A DNA stretch of 64,000 bases from Octopus vulgaris (lineage: Eukaryota). This document shows, in pieces, positions 52,600 to 64,000 of the stretch. Under the pieces are notes generated by a model. That model had not been told where the DNA came from. It saw only the letters and a program-made list of their open reading frames with translations, and made no database searches. The stretch is from positions 59,334,001-59,398,000 of the forward strand of contig OX597815.1 in the NCBI GenBank assembly GCA_951406725.2, given 5' to 3'. The translations under genes and the position numbers were made by a program. Positions within the stretch are counted from its first letter, which is position 1; every line of letters begins with the position of its first letter.

Positions 52600-52810
52600 G
52601 GTTTGGAGATGATGTACAGGTATTTTATATTAGAAGAAATGTGGTACTCAGAAATTCGGATGGTTTTATATTTACAGATATTTATTTGTATATTACATGT
52701 TTTTATACATCATATAACTTATATCATATATTAGCGCTTTCGTCCATTCTGGTGGATTTTTCAAATTGTGTCCATTCTGGTGGATTTTTCAAATTGAACT
52801 AAGTTCCTAT

Positions 52811-53240
52811 GGGAAAATTTTGACCATTTTATAGTGTTATTGAGTGTGTAGTAGTGGGGAGAAATATAAGATAGTACAAGAGGGTGATGAATGGGGAGAA
52901 AGTGAGAGAGAGATCATGTATGTGTGTGTTTTTGTATCTGAAAATAGTGTTAGAGAAAAAGAAGGGAGGGAGGGAAGAAGAAAAAATTGTTTTGCTGGTT
53001 TCTTTTGTAGTTGGTCAAGGATGTTTACTCCAATCGGGGTCTAAGATCTTGGGGAAAAAATTTGACCATTTTATAGTGTTATTGAGTGTGTAGTGGTGGG
53101 GAGGCATATAAGATAGTATAAGAGGGTGATGAATGGGGAAAAAGTGAGAGAGAGCGTGTGTGTGTGTGCATGTGTGTGTGTGTTTGTATCTGAAAGTAGT
53201 GTTAGAGAAAAAGAAGGGAAGGAAGAAGAGGGAGAGAAAG
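52811..53240. repeat. ~240-bp tandem duplication
   Basis: TTTGACCATTTTATAGTGTTATTGAGTGTGTAGT... at ~52819 and ~53060. Confidence 0.8.
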
Positions 53241-54072
53241 AACCCATAAATTATATTTCCTTTTTATCATTGTCTTGTTAGAAAGAGAGTGTGTGTGTTT
53301 GTGTCTTTGTATCTGAAAGGAATGTTAAGGAGGAATGGTCAAGTTGTTAAGAGTAATCAGTACCACATTTGTTTTTATTTTTTTGCAACTGTAAATGGTT
53401 TTTGGTTTTAAGAATAGTCTGGATTTCTTTTTATTATTGATTTGTGAAGGTGCGTGTGTGGGTGCCTGTGAATCTGGAAGGGGTGTCGTTGGAGAAGGGA
53501 AGAAAGAAGAAAAAGAGGAAGAAAAAATAATTGTGTTGATATTTATACCACTATTCAGTTCATTCAATCCAATGTTTGATTCCTGTGCTTACATGGGATG
53601 GAAAATCTGGATTACAAAAACAGGTTTGTTTTATTCACATTTTATAAGTCAATTTGCTTTGGTGATCAACAAGAATGTAGAGTAATATACAGTGGACTAA
53701 ACGCTACACTATGTTTGTTAAATTATAAATTGAAAGATTTGTCCTTCAATGTATGATGAGCAAAATTTCATAAGGTCCATATTTGGAAAAGAGACTTTTT
53801 TGTGTTGAAGTTACAGATGACAGAATACAAACTGACAACCACTGAGCCTGTTGTCTGATCTTCAATTGATTTACTCTAATATCTCACTGATTGACAGTTA
53901 AATAAATATTAAGTTTTATAATACAGGAGCAACTGGTTCCACAAATTAAAGTGAAATGGTTTCATTCAAATATTAGAATATCCTTTGTTCAATGTTGTAT
54001 TTTCAAAAACCAAAACATATGTATAGAACTGTGTGTGTGTGTGTGCTGGTACAGTTTATTATAGAGAAATTT

Positions 54073-54950
54073 TCAGCCATTCAGTTTGGGGGAGATCTTA
54101 GTTATGAAGTATTTTTCCATATTCCTCTTGAAGGAGGTGTCATTCTTTGGACATTTGTAGAAGGGAAAGATCTTAAATTTTCCTTCTCCACATGTATCTA
54201 GGTGTTTACTCAGTGGTATCTTGCGCAGTTCTTCCTGTTGGACATGTTGTCAGTGAATTCTGGCTCATCGGCATAAAGAATTTCCAGTTTCACCAATATA
54301 ATCCTCCTTGCACATGGGGCAGATTATGCAGTATATTACGTTCTGCGTCTTGCAGTTCATATCTGCATTTATTTTGAATATGTGACCACTTTTAAATTTC
54401 ATTTTCTTTGTCTCCCTTTATGTATTTGTAGGTGGGGTTACTGCAGATCCCGCATCTACCATCTCCACACTCTTTTACAAAGAATTCAGTTTTAGTTTCT
54501 GATGAGAATTTCGCTCTTGTTAGATGTTTCTTCAGGTTTTTGTCTTGTCGTCTACTGTTTTTTATGCAATATTTGTTTAGTATGTTTTCCATTTTGGGGC
54601 TTTGTAAGACTATTGGTAGGTTTGAATGTATGATTTGAAACATGTTAGTAAGTCCAGAGTTGTGTGTGTTTATGAAAGGGATAATGTTTTCTTTGTTTTT
54701 TGCTTTGGGTGTCCTGAGTTGTGTGATGTCTAATTTCATTGCTCTTGAGATTCCATTTTTTATTAGTTTAAGGGGGTATTTTTGTTCTAGTAGGAAGTTT
54801 TAAAGTTCATCTAATCTTATTAGGCGTGTTTGTGAGTCAGTTACTATGTTGCATATGTGTCTTGCCATACTATATGGGATGTTTCTTTTTATGTGGGGTG
54901 GGTGGCAGGAGTGTTTTTTTGATGGGTGGCATGGTGTTTTTTTGATGTCC
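54073..54950 (-). mobile_element. Penelope-like element 3' part (thumb, linker, GIY-YIG endonuclease)
   Basis: HSCHPPHIKRNIPYSMAR; CGDGRCGIC; NVIYCIICPMCKEDYIGETG; ends PKLNG*. Confidence 0.9.
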
Positions 54951-56069
54951 TTTACCCATATATGCATGTGTATATACATATATGTGTATGTATGTATGTA
55001 TGTTGCCTGTCTTGTTTCTCTATTTGTTTCTTTCGTTGTTCATAAAAAAGTTCATTTTCCATGTTTTTGTTTTTCATGTTCATGATGTCCTCTACCCATA
55101 TATGCATGTGTATATACATATATATGTATGTATGTATATATGTGTATATATATATATATATGCATGTGTATATACATATATATGTATGTATGTGTATATA
55201 TATATATATGCATGTGTATATATATATATATATATGCATGTGTGTATATATATATACATGTTAAACGATGATGATGATATATATATATACACATACATAT
55301 ATATGTATATACACATGCATATATATATATATATATACACATATATACATATATATGTATATACACATGCGTATGTATACACATGCATATATACACATGC
55401 ATATGTATACACATGCATATATGTATATACACATCAATAAAGCATGAACAACATGAAAAACAAAAACATGGAAAATGAACTTTTTTATGAACAACGAAAG
55501 AAACAAATAGAGAAACAAGACAGGCAACATAAAGAACAATCCCTTCATCAGTTGTCTCCTGTTTTATCTACTCCACATTTCGAACGTTAGGACAAAATGC
55601 GTCTTCATCAAAACAGTTGTTCCCGCAAAGCATATTAAATAAAATTTGGGATTTGTAGAGGGTTACAATGGTAACAAAAACAGGACTGTAAAAACAAATG
55701 GTAAAAGCTGTTAAACCATAACAAGGTGAAGTGGTGAATGCTGGAGAAACAAGCTTTGACAGGAGACAGGCAAAAATGTGTGTTGTCTCTTGTGGTGTAA
55801 GGAGGAGAAAGAAAGATAGCCGCTGGTCACATGTGAGCAATGAGAGAGACAAGGAGGAAAAGTGAGGAAGTATGAGGGAGAGAAGGACAGATAGAGAACG
55901 GTGAAGTGGGGTGAGGAGAATTACAAAAACGGTGAGAGAAAAAAGAAAGAAAGAAGAAGAGAGGAAGAATAGAGATAGTGATAGGATAGTGGTATAAGTT
56001 CGCATCGGAATTATTAAGATACAACTTACTTGTAAATGGATGCGTGGCATTCGATCATATAATAATAAT

Positions 56070-56114
<45 letters not shown>

Positions 56115-56290
56115 TACATGTACATACCTACATGTATATGTATATACACCTACATATATGGGTACAGGATGTCAAAAAAATGTGAACATGAAAAACAAAA
56201 ACATGGAAAACGAACTTTTTTGAACAAAGAAAGAAACAAATAGAGAAACAAGACAAGTAGCATAAAGAGCAATCCCTTCATCAGTTACCT
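54930..56290. repeat. Rearranged direct and inverted copies of a pLTR-like repeat mixed with TA/TGCA microsatellite
   Basis: CATGAAAAACAAAAACATGGAAAATGAACTTTTTT...GAAACAAGAC in + at ~55450 and ~56185 and in - at ~55005-55085; a related copy lies at 62520-62800. Confidence 0.7.
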
Positions 56291-56419
56291 ACATAACAGC
56301 CTACTAACAAATCCACTTGTGTATGTATATACTGTGGCTATTAAGGTATCACTACCTTCTATGTGTATCTGCTATTTAATATGGGAAATGTTTCATTTAT
56401 GAGGACATACTCCTGTATT

Positions 56420-57330
56420 TGTCTGAGTGTTGGGTTCTTCAGGTGCCTGGATAAAATGCAGATGTCAAGTCAGCCCAGTATACCTCCATGTTGGTAGAGT
56501 ATGGAGGACGTTTTTGTCATCATATTGTCTCAAATGTGCATTTAATATCTCTGCAATGCTTCTAGATGTCTCACCAACATATGTCATGTTCTTGTCTTTA
56601 CAAGCCCCCTCTAATGCACCTTATGCTGTAGACTACATTTCTAGTTCTACAGTTAATATCAGGATTAATCATAGGTGCATGTGGTATTCTCAAAGGGGTA
56701 TGTCCTCATAGCTGCATGTGGTATTCTCAAAGGAGTATGTCCTACATAACTGTGATCTAATGGAGTTCCTGGGCTTTTCAATTATCTTAATGTTGAGTTT
56801 GGTCTCCTTCTATTCCAGTTGTTACCCCTGTATCTAGGGCAGGCACCACTGGTTTCATTACATATAATGCTATCTAACTTCTTTCTAGCTCCTCTGTATA
56901 CTCAAATCCTATCTTTCTGGTCATATGAAGTTCTGTACATGTTTCCTTCTTTCATAAGGTTCACATAGTTGGGACATGTTATTCATTATCCTAACTAAAT
57001 CTGCTATCAGTATGTTGATTTTCATGTTGTGTGACAAATCTGAGTTCTTGTGAACAGCATATTTAGAAGCTATGGGTTTCATGTAATAGGAGTGGAAGAG
57101 CTGCTTTCTGTTGTTCACAGTCTCTAGCCAAAGTTCAGTATCAAGGATAGGGAGTCTACTGTTAGGGTGCCTGGCTGGGTAATCTATTGTTATCTTGATA
57201 CTTTGGTGGATGGAGTTAGCTATGTGCTGGATGCTCTCCATTATGCTCCTCTCGGTTTCTACACTACAGTTACCAGAGTTTGTCCTAACTAGAATATTGA
57301 TGTCATCTACATACTTACAGTAAAACTAAA
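56420..57330 (-). mobile_element. Second Penelope-like element remnant (RT end and GIY-YIG)
   Basis: YVDD, RLPILDTELW, YYMKPIAS; VYSIRC...TYVGETSRSIAE. Confidence 0.8.
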
Positions 57331-57959
57331 CAGTTGTGGATTGTTCAGCTAAGGTTTGTTTAAGTTTTCTGTCCCACCAGATCATGCAGAGGCCAGCCAC
57401 AGTGATACCAATGGCTGCACCTTGATCCTGCATGTGTCATTTCCTGTTAAACTTTTCTATGTGGTTCTTATGCTAGCCCCTATTGCTATAAAAATGATAA
57501 GGAAAATAGGAATAATAGTAGCAATAACAGAAAGAATAAAAAATGTAGAAATAAGAATAAAAATAATACAAGCAACTGGGACCCAGAGGTTGAAGGTGCT
57601 TGTCCTCATGACATTACCAATAAATATATAGAAGGGCAATATTAACTATGATATTAATCCTAAAAAGTGATGAACTCAACTAAGACAGGTGATGTGGTAT
57701 AATGCTCTATAAGGGACCCAAGTAACCACAAATGTACCAGATAAATTTTCATGGACTTAGACAAAGCATTTCCAACCATCTAGTTAATATGAGAGGTTAG
57801 TTAACAGACACAGTTAAATTGGTGTATTCAGTCACCAGAAATTTGGCACATAATGTTTGTAAATTAAGAGAGTTTGGTGAAATGAATTTAGTAATTCCAC
57901 ACAATTATAGTAATAAAAAAAATACTAGTAAGAGTGGTAGTAATAGCAGTAGTAGTAAT

Positions 57960-58172
57960 AATGGTTTCAAATTTTGGCACAAGGCTAGCAATTACAGAGG
58001 AGGCTAGTTGATTACATCAACGCCAGTACTCAACTGGTACTTATTTTATCAACTTGAAAGGATGAAAGGCAAAATTGACCTCTGCACAATTTGATCTCAA
58101 GATAAAGACAGGCAAAATGTCACTTAAGCATTTTGCCTGGTACACTAACAATTGTGCCAGCTCGCCACCTTA
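57960..58172 (-). mobile_element. Second SINE family (tRNA head, Meta-like domain)
   Basis: Minus strand AGGTGGCGAGCTGGCA head and GCCTTTCATCCTTTC...GATAAAATAAGTACC, resembling the MetaSINE domain as recalled. Confidence 0.65.
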
Positions 58173-58214
58173 AGTAATAATAATAATAGTAATCGTATAG
58201 AATAAGAGATAAAG

Positions 58215-59300
58215 GGTATGATGTGGTGTTGGAAGAATTGAAACAAAGAGTAGTTGCAATCAAGGCAGAATTTTAAGTAGAATGACAACTGAACAAAACA
58301 ATTCAGACAGAACAGGTAAGGGAAAGCAATTTTTCATGAATTGGATGGGTAATTACACCAAATTAGTACCTAATGCAGATGAAATCAGAGTTTTTAGTGG
58401 GGAAATCTGAGGTCAACTTGTAGAATGTAATGATTATGTTGTGTGACCACTTGAAATCCAGAGAAGTTTGGAATTATGTTTGCTCAAAACAACATAAAAA
58501 TAAATACAGAAAAGATGAAAAGACAGATAAGTATAGTACAAAAAAAGAAGAACATAAGACAAGTCAGTGTCCAAGGATATTGGATGAAGAAGCTGAGATG
58601 GCTCCAAGAAAAGATAGCAGAACAGCTACATAGATGCTTGCAGGAAGGTTTAGTTCCCAGTTGAATGACATGGGGAAAGTCATTATGTGTCAAGGAACTT
58701 TGAAAGGACATCCTACTTTCAACCAATAACATGTCTTCCACTAATGTGGAAACTACTGATAGGTGTTTTGGCTGGTGAGTTGTAGGAATACCTTAAAAAA
58801 AGTGGGCTGCTACCAATTGAACAGAAAGGGCATTGAAAGAGGAGTCAGGGAATGAAAGATCAGCTATTAATTGACAAGCTAATCATCAGAAACTGCAAGA
58901 GAAGGCACACAAATTTGATCATGGCATGGATTGGTTTACACTGTGATACCACACTCATGGCTAACAAGAACTATGGAAATGAATAGAGGAGCAGAAAACA
59001 TGAGAAGCTTTACACGGAACAATATGCAATGTGGAGCACTTAATCAATAGCAAAGAATCTGGTGTTAGAGACGAAATTAGGAGAGGAATTTTCCTAGGGG
59101 ACAATGTATCCCCATTGGTCTTCATCCTGGGAATGATTCCATTGAGTGAAATATTATGAAAGACAAGGTTGGGGTATGATCTGGGGATGGTTAAGGAAAG
59201 CTCAGTCACCTGCAATTTATAGATGATTTGTAGTGGTTCACAAAAAGTGAGGTAGAATTAGACAGTCTCATCCACTTGGTGCAAATTTTTTTTTCATATG
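58215..59300 (+). mobile_element. R4/Dong-like RT remnant
   Basis: ITCLPLMWKLLIG, EQKG...[32 protein letters not shown] and HLQFIDDL. Confidence 0.75.
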
Positions 59301-59319
59301 ATATCAAGGAGTTGATATC

Positions 59320-59675
59320 AAGCGTGATCATTACCTGCGTCACCTTACTGACACTTGTGCTGGTGGCACGTGAAAAAACATTCAAGCGAGGTCGTTGCCA
59401 GTGCCGCTGGACTGGCTCCTGTACAGGTGGCACATAAAATGCACCATTTGAGCGTGGCCATTGCCAGTACCACCTGATTGGCCCTTGTGCCGGTGGCACA
59501 CAAAAGCACCCATTACACTCTCAGAGTGGTTGGCGTTAGGAAGGGCATCCAGCTGTAGAAACTCTGCCAGATCAGATTGGAGTCTGGTGCAGCTATCTAG
59601 TTCGCCAGACCTCAGTCAAATCGTCCAACCCATGCTAGCATGGAAAGCAGATGTTAAACAATGATGATGATGATG

Positions 59676-59678
<3 letters not shown>
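59320..59678 (+). mobile_element. RTE 3' UTR fragment with (TGA)n tail
   Basis: Family 3' terminal sequence. Confidence 0.85.
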
Positions 59679-59725
<47 letters not shown>

Positions 59726-59804
59726 ATATGTATATATATGTATATGTATATATATGTATATATATATATAATATGTATATAATATATATATATATATTAT
59801 ATAT

Positions 59805-61345
59805 TTTTTTATTTTATTTATTTTATTTTATCTAGTTTCAGCTCACAGGCTGTGGCCATGCTGGGGCACCACCATTTGATGATGCTACATGATTTTATTT
59901 CATGAATGCTTTTTAGCAAATGCCATTTGGTGCATGAGAGAGTTCGATGCAGCTGCCCTCATCTACACCTCCTGCCGTGAAGTTGGTTCATCTGGGACAG
60001 GATGAGATCCAGTTTTATTTTAAAGACATCGGCATCCTCTCCATGCAGGTCTCTCAGGTCCTTCGGGAGGATATTGAAGAGCTGTGGGCCTCTGAAGCCC
60101 AGGCTGTCACAGTATCTTGTCCTACATCTTGATGGCAAATTTGGAGTTCTTGGCACTATGCAATGGCACCCAGTTCTAGTGTTTGTGTAACTCTTGATGC
60201 CAAAGTTTGGGACAAGTCCTTCTAGGATCTTCCAGATGTATATTATGGCATATCTTTCTCGCCTATGCTCTAAGGAATAGAGTCTTAATCTCTTGAGTCT
60301 TTCTCAGTAGCTTATATGCTGCACAGAGGCTATCTTCTTCGTGTAGCTTCATTGGATCGCCTCAAGTTCTGTGATTAACTTGACACTGGATGGTGACCTT
60401 AGCTGAGAGCAATAGTCAAAGTGGCTTAGGACAAGTGTCCTCCAGAGGACCATCATGGTTTCCTGGTCTCTTGTTCTAAAGGTTCTAAGAATCCATCTGG
60501 TCAGCCGCCTACATTTCATTGCCAATTTAGCAACATGCACATGAAAGGTTGCATAATGTAAATACCCAGGTCTTGCACTGATTGTGCCTCTGGGATTGCA
60601 ATCCCTCCAGGTCCAGTGTATTTATTGGGTATTGCATTTAGTTTTGCATGCTGATAGCATAAAGTTTGAAACTTTTCAGCATTGAACTGCATGCTATTCT
60701 TTTCAGCCCACTTGTATATTTTGTCCAGCTCACATTGCAGGTGCATAGTGTCTTCAGAGTTCTGTATTGCCTGTGAAACTTTTGTATCATCTGCATAACT
60801 TGTGATCGTGGCTCTCTGCATGGCTCAGGGCATGTCTGAAAGGGCCATTATGAACAGTAGTGGTCCCAAAACAGTGCCTTGCGGAACACCGCTCACTATT
60901 TGCATGTTAATGGAAGTGGCCCCATTGGCTACTACCACCTGGTTTCTATCTTTCAGAAAGTCATGAAGCCATCCTCCCAATTTTCCAACTATGCCAAGAT
61001 CATGCAGTTTGTGACATATCATTCCATGATCGACTTTATCAAAGGCCTTTGCAAAGTCGAGATATATGACTTCCACATTTGAGTGGTTGAGCAGTCGTTT
61101 CAGCACCCAGTCATAGTGTTGTAGGAGCTGAGTTAGGCAGCTTCTTCCTGGTCGGAAACCATGTTAGGTGTCAGGCAGCAAGTCATTTTCTTCAAGGAAG
61201 GTGATTAGTTTCCTTCTGACTATTCGTTCCATGACCTTGCTGTGTGAGGTCAGAGAGATAGGTCTGTAGTTTTGACTTCCGCTCTGCTACCTCCTTTATA
61301 AATAGGGCATATTTTACCTTCATTCAGTTTTCTTGGAAGTTTGCC
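59805..61345 (-). mobile_element. CR1-clade LINE (RT and 3' end), degenerate
   Basis: YLDFAKAFDKVDH, SGVPQGTVLGPLLF and SYADDTK; same 3' end as 30492-31275. Confidence 0.92.
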
Positions 61346-61428
61346 AGTTGTATATATATCATATATATGTATATGTCTTATATATATATATGTATATATA
61401 TATTTTATATATGTATATATATATTTTA

Positions 61429-61480
<52 letters not shown>

Positions 61481-61691
61481 GTATGTATGTATATATGTAT
61501 GTTTATAATTGTATATATATATGTTTATAATTGTATATATATATATATATTATATATATATATATATATTATATATGTATGTATGTATATATGTATGTTT
61601 ATAATTGTATATATATATGTTTATAATTGTATATATATATTATATATATATATATATATATTATATATGTATGTATGTATATATGTATGTA

Positions 61692-61722
<31 letters not shown>

Positions 61723-61834
61723 AATATTCAAAATTCGGACAGAACTTATGGTATGACCTGATATTTTTTCTCAAGTTGTTTGTCTTTATCACTTAATCTC
61801 AGGCTGTTACAATAAGGCTCTCTGTTTCTTTTTT

Positions 61835-61909
<75 letters not shown>

Positions 61910-62055
61910 CATAAATGAGGGCAAAGGAAAAAAATTCTAATGCTAAATATGCCGAAGAATTGGACATATTGTCCATTAACCATATAATTTTTTCACAATA
62001 CGCATGCTACTCGAAAAACGGCTGATAGAAATTTCTAAAAAATTCCATTATTACC

Positions 62056-62110
62056 ATATCGGACCGATTTCAGAGTTAGCTACTAAGAGCCCTCTCTCCG
62101 TCAGTGATAC
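62056..62110 (-). ncRNA. Degenerate minimal type I hammerhead motif
   Basis: Minus strand: GUAUCA CUGACGG AGAG...CUCU GAAA UCG GUC CGAUAU; close to the GAAACCGGUC Penelope form. Confidence 0.45.
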
Positions 62111-62832
62111 ACGTGACAAAAGAAATAAATGAGATTCTTACTCACACTCATGGAAGAAGCAAATACTAAGTCATGGGCACAACTAAGTACCCCAAATACA
62201 TCCAAAATAGAAATACTCCAGCCCATTCGAGGCACGTGTGATTTGAACTGAGGCTCTCACAGAGTGAGTTAGTTCGGAATATATATGTATATATATTGCG
62301 TTTGCAATACTTTTTTCGTTCGGCGTCAACAGCCCTTCTTATCTTGTTTTTCCCTGTCCTGTCTTTTACTGTTATATTTTTTTTACTGTTTATATTTTTT
62401 TTACTGTTTATTTTTTTACTGTTTATATTTTTGTACTGTCGTTACTGTCCTATTTTTTTACCATTTTTTTACCATTTTTTACCCCTCTGCGAAAAGATCT
62501 CAGAATTTTAATTGATTTGCTTTTCGCAGGAAGGAAAGTTTCTTGTCGAAAATACGTCTCGCTTTTATCCTTCGAAACGTAGAGTAGATGAAACCTTAGC
62601 GACTGAAGAAGGGGTTTTTTCATTGTGTTAATTGTCCTGTACTCCATTTTTTGTTTTTTTGTTGTTTTTAAAAACAAATGTCCAGTTCCTTTGGTTTGTG
62701 TCTATGTTTTCGTTTCTCTTTGTGTTTGACGTCCCTTTGGTGTCCTGTACTCATATATGCGTGTATATGTACATGTAGAGGTAGGTACGTACATATATGT
62801 TTATATATATGCATATGTTTTATTTCATTTAT

Positions 62833-62865
<33 letters not shown>

Positions 62866-64000
62866 CATCATCATCATCATCATCATCGTTTAGCGTCCGT
62901 TTTCCATGCTAGCATGGGTTGGACGGGTCAACTGGGGTCTGTGAAGCTGGAAGGCTTCGTCAGGCCCAGTCAGATCTGGCAGTGTTTCTACGGCTGGATG
63001 CCCTTCCTAACGCCAACCACTCCGCGAGTGTAGTGGGTGTTTTTTACGTGCCACCTGCACAGGTGCCAGACAGAGCTGGCGAACGGCCACGAACGGATGA
63101 TGCTTTTACGTGTCACCGGCACGGGGCCAGGCGATGCTGGCAACGGACACGAACGGATGGTGCTTTTACGTGCCACCGACACGGGGCCAGACAGAGCTGG
63201 CAACCGGCCACGAACGGACGGTGCTTTTACGTGTCACCGGCACGGGGGCCAGCCGAGGCTGGCAACGGACGCGAACGGATGGTGCTTTTACGTGCCACCG
63301 ACACGGTTGCCAGACAGAGCTGGCAAACGGCCACGAACGGACGGTGCTTTTACGTGTCACCGGCACAGGGGCCAGCCGAGGCTGGCAACGGACACGGAGG
63401 GATGGTGCTTTTACGTGCCACCGACACGGGGCCAGACAGAGCTGGCAAACGGCCACGAACGGATGGTGCTTTTATGTGTCACCGACACGGGGGCCAGCCG
63501 AGGCTGGCAACGGACGCGAACAGATGGTGCTTTTACGTGCCACCGACACGGTTGCCAGACAGAGCTGGCAAACGGCCACGAGCGGACGGTGCTTTTTACG
63601 TGTCACCGGCACGGGGGCCAGCCGAGGCTGGCAACGGACACGGACGGATAGTGCTTTTACGTGCCACCGACACGGGGCCAGACAGAGCTGGCAAACGGCC
63701 ACGAACGGATGGTGCTTTTACGTGCCACCGACACGGGGCCAGACAGAGCTGGCCAACGGCCACGAACGGACGGTGCTTTTACGTGTCACCGGCACGGGTC
63801 CAGGCGAGGCTGGCAACGAACACGAACGGATGGTGCTTTTACGTGCCACCGACACGGAGCCAGGCAGAGCTGGCAAACGGCCATGAGCGAATGGTGCTTT
63901 TACGTATCACCGGCACGGGTGCCAGACGAGGCTGACAGCGGACACGAACAGATGGGTCACTTAACCCCTGCTTTCTGATATATGATTTGATTTTGATTGT
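62866..64000 (-). mobile_element. RTE 3' UTR with an expanded ~59-bp minisatellite (about 15 units, 63040-63950)
   Basis: (CAT)n tail at 62866, family 3' terminus, then alternating units with GCCAGACAGAGCTGGC and GCCAGCCGAGGCTGGC. Confidence 0.92.

Noticed and set aside
53927-53954. Possible terminal exon (SNWFHKLK*) in phase with the 49476 exon
   Set aside because: Weak polypyrimidine tract, very short, and possibly within Penelope-derived sequence.
54952-55548. Y/I/C/M/H-rich ORFs here and at 40148, 50402 and 61333
   Set aside because: They are translations of TA/TG microsatellites.
57660-57860. Additional Naiad-like Penelope remnant (VMWYN...VTTNVP...VKLVYS)
   Set aside because: Too short and degenerate to call with confidence.
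62919-63935. Long ORFs (338, 204 and 258 aa) in all three + frames
   Set aside because: They result from a stop-free GC-rich minisatellite on the antisense strand of the RTE 3' UTR.

Overview
This is AT-rich, microsatellite-rich animal (eukaryotic) DNA. The SINE and RTE families look like those of octopus (coleoid cephalopods), which is an inference. Most of the window appears to be intronic sequence of one + strand protein-coding gene. Five small, phase-compatible exons were found by eye at about 3.2, 13.6, 22.8, 47.6 and 49.5 kb; the product is unrecognised and has a coiled-coil-like C-terminal part. The introns are packed with transposable elements: several RTE-clade LINE copies (PHD finger inside the RT, minisatellite 3' UTR), CR1-like and R4/Dong-like LINEs, Penelope-like element remnants, tRNA-derived SINEs, Tc1/mariner, hAT and a probable Helitron. 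The most notable signals are: (i) a non-coding ~530-bp repeat family carrying one type I hammerhead ribozyme motif per unit, in partial-tandem plus inverted arrays at two loci (retrozyme-like or Penelope pLTR-like); (ii) an apparently intact solitary hammerhead at 39574-39659 and several degenerate ones; (iii) an ORF1-only (HAL1-like) retroelement with a 17-bp target site duplication; (iv) a LINE C-terminus with three C2H2 zinc fingers. All coordinates and alignments were read by eye; no searches were run.
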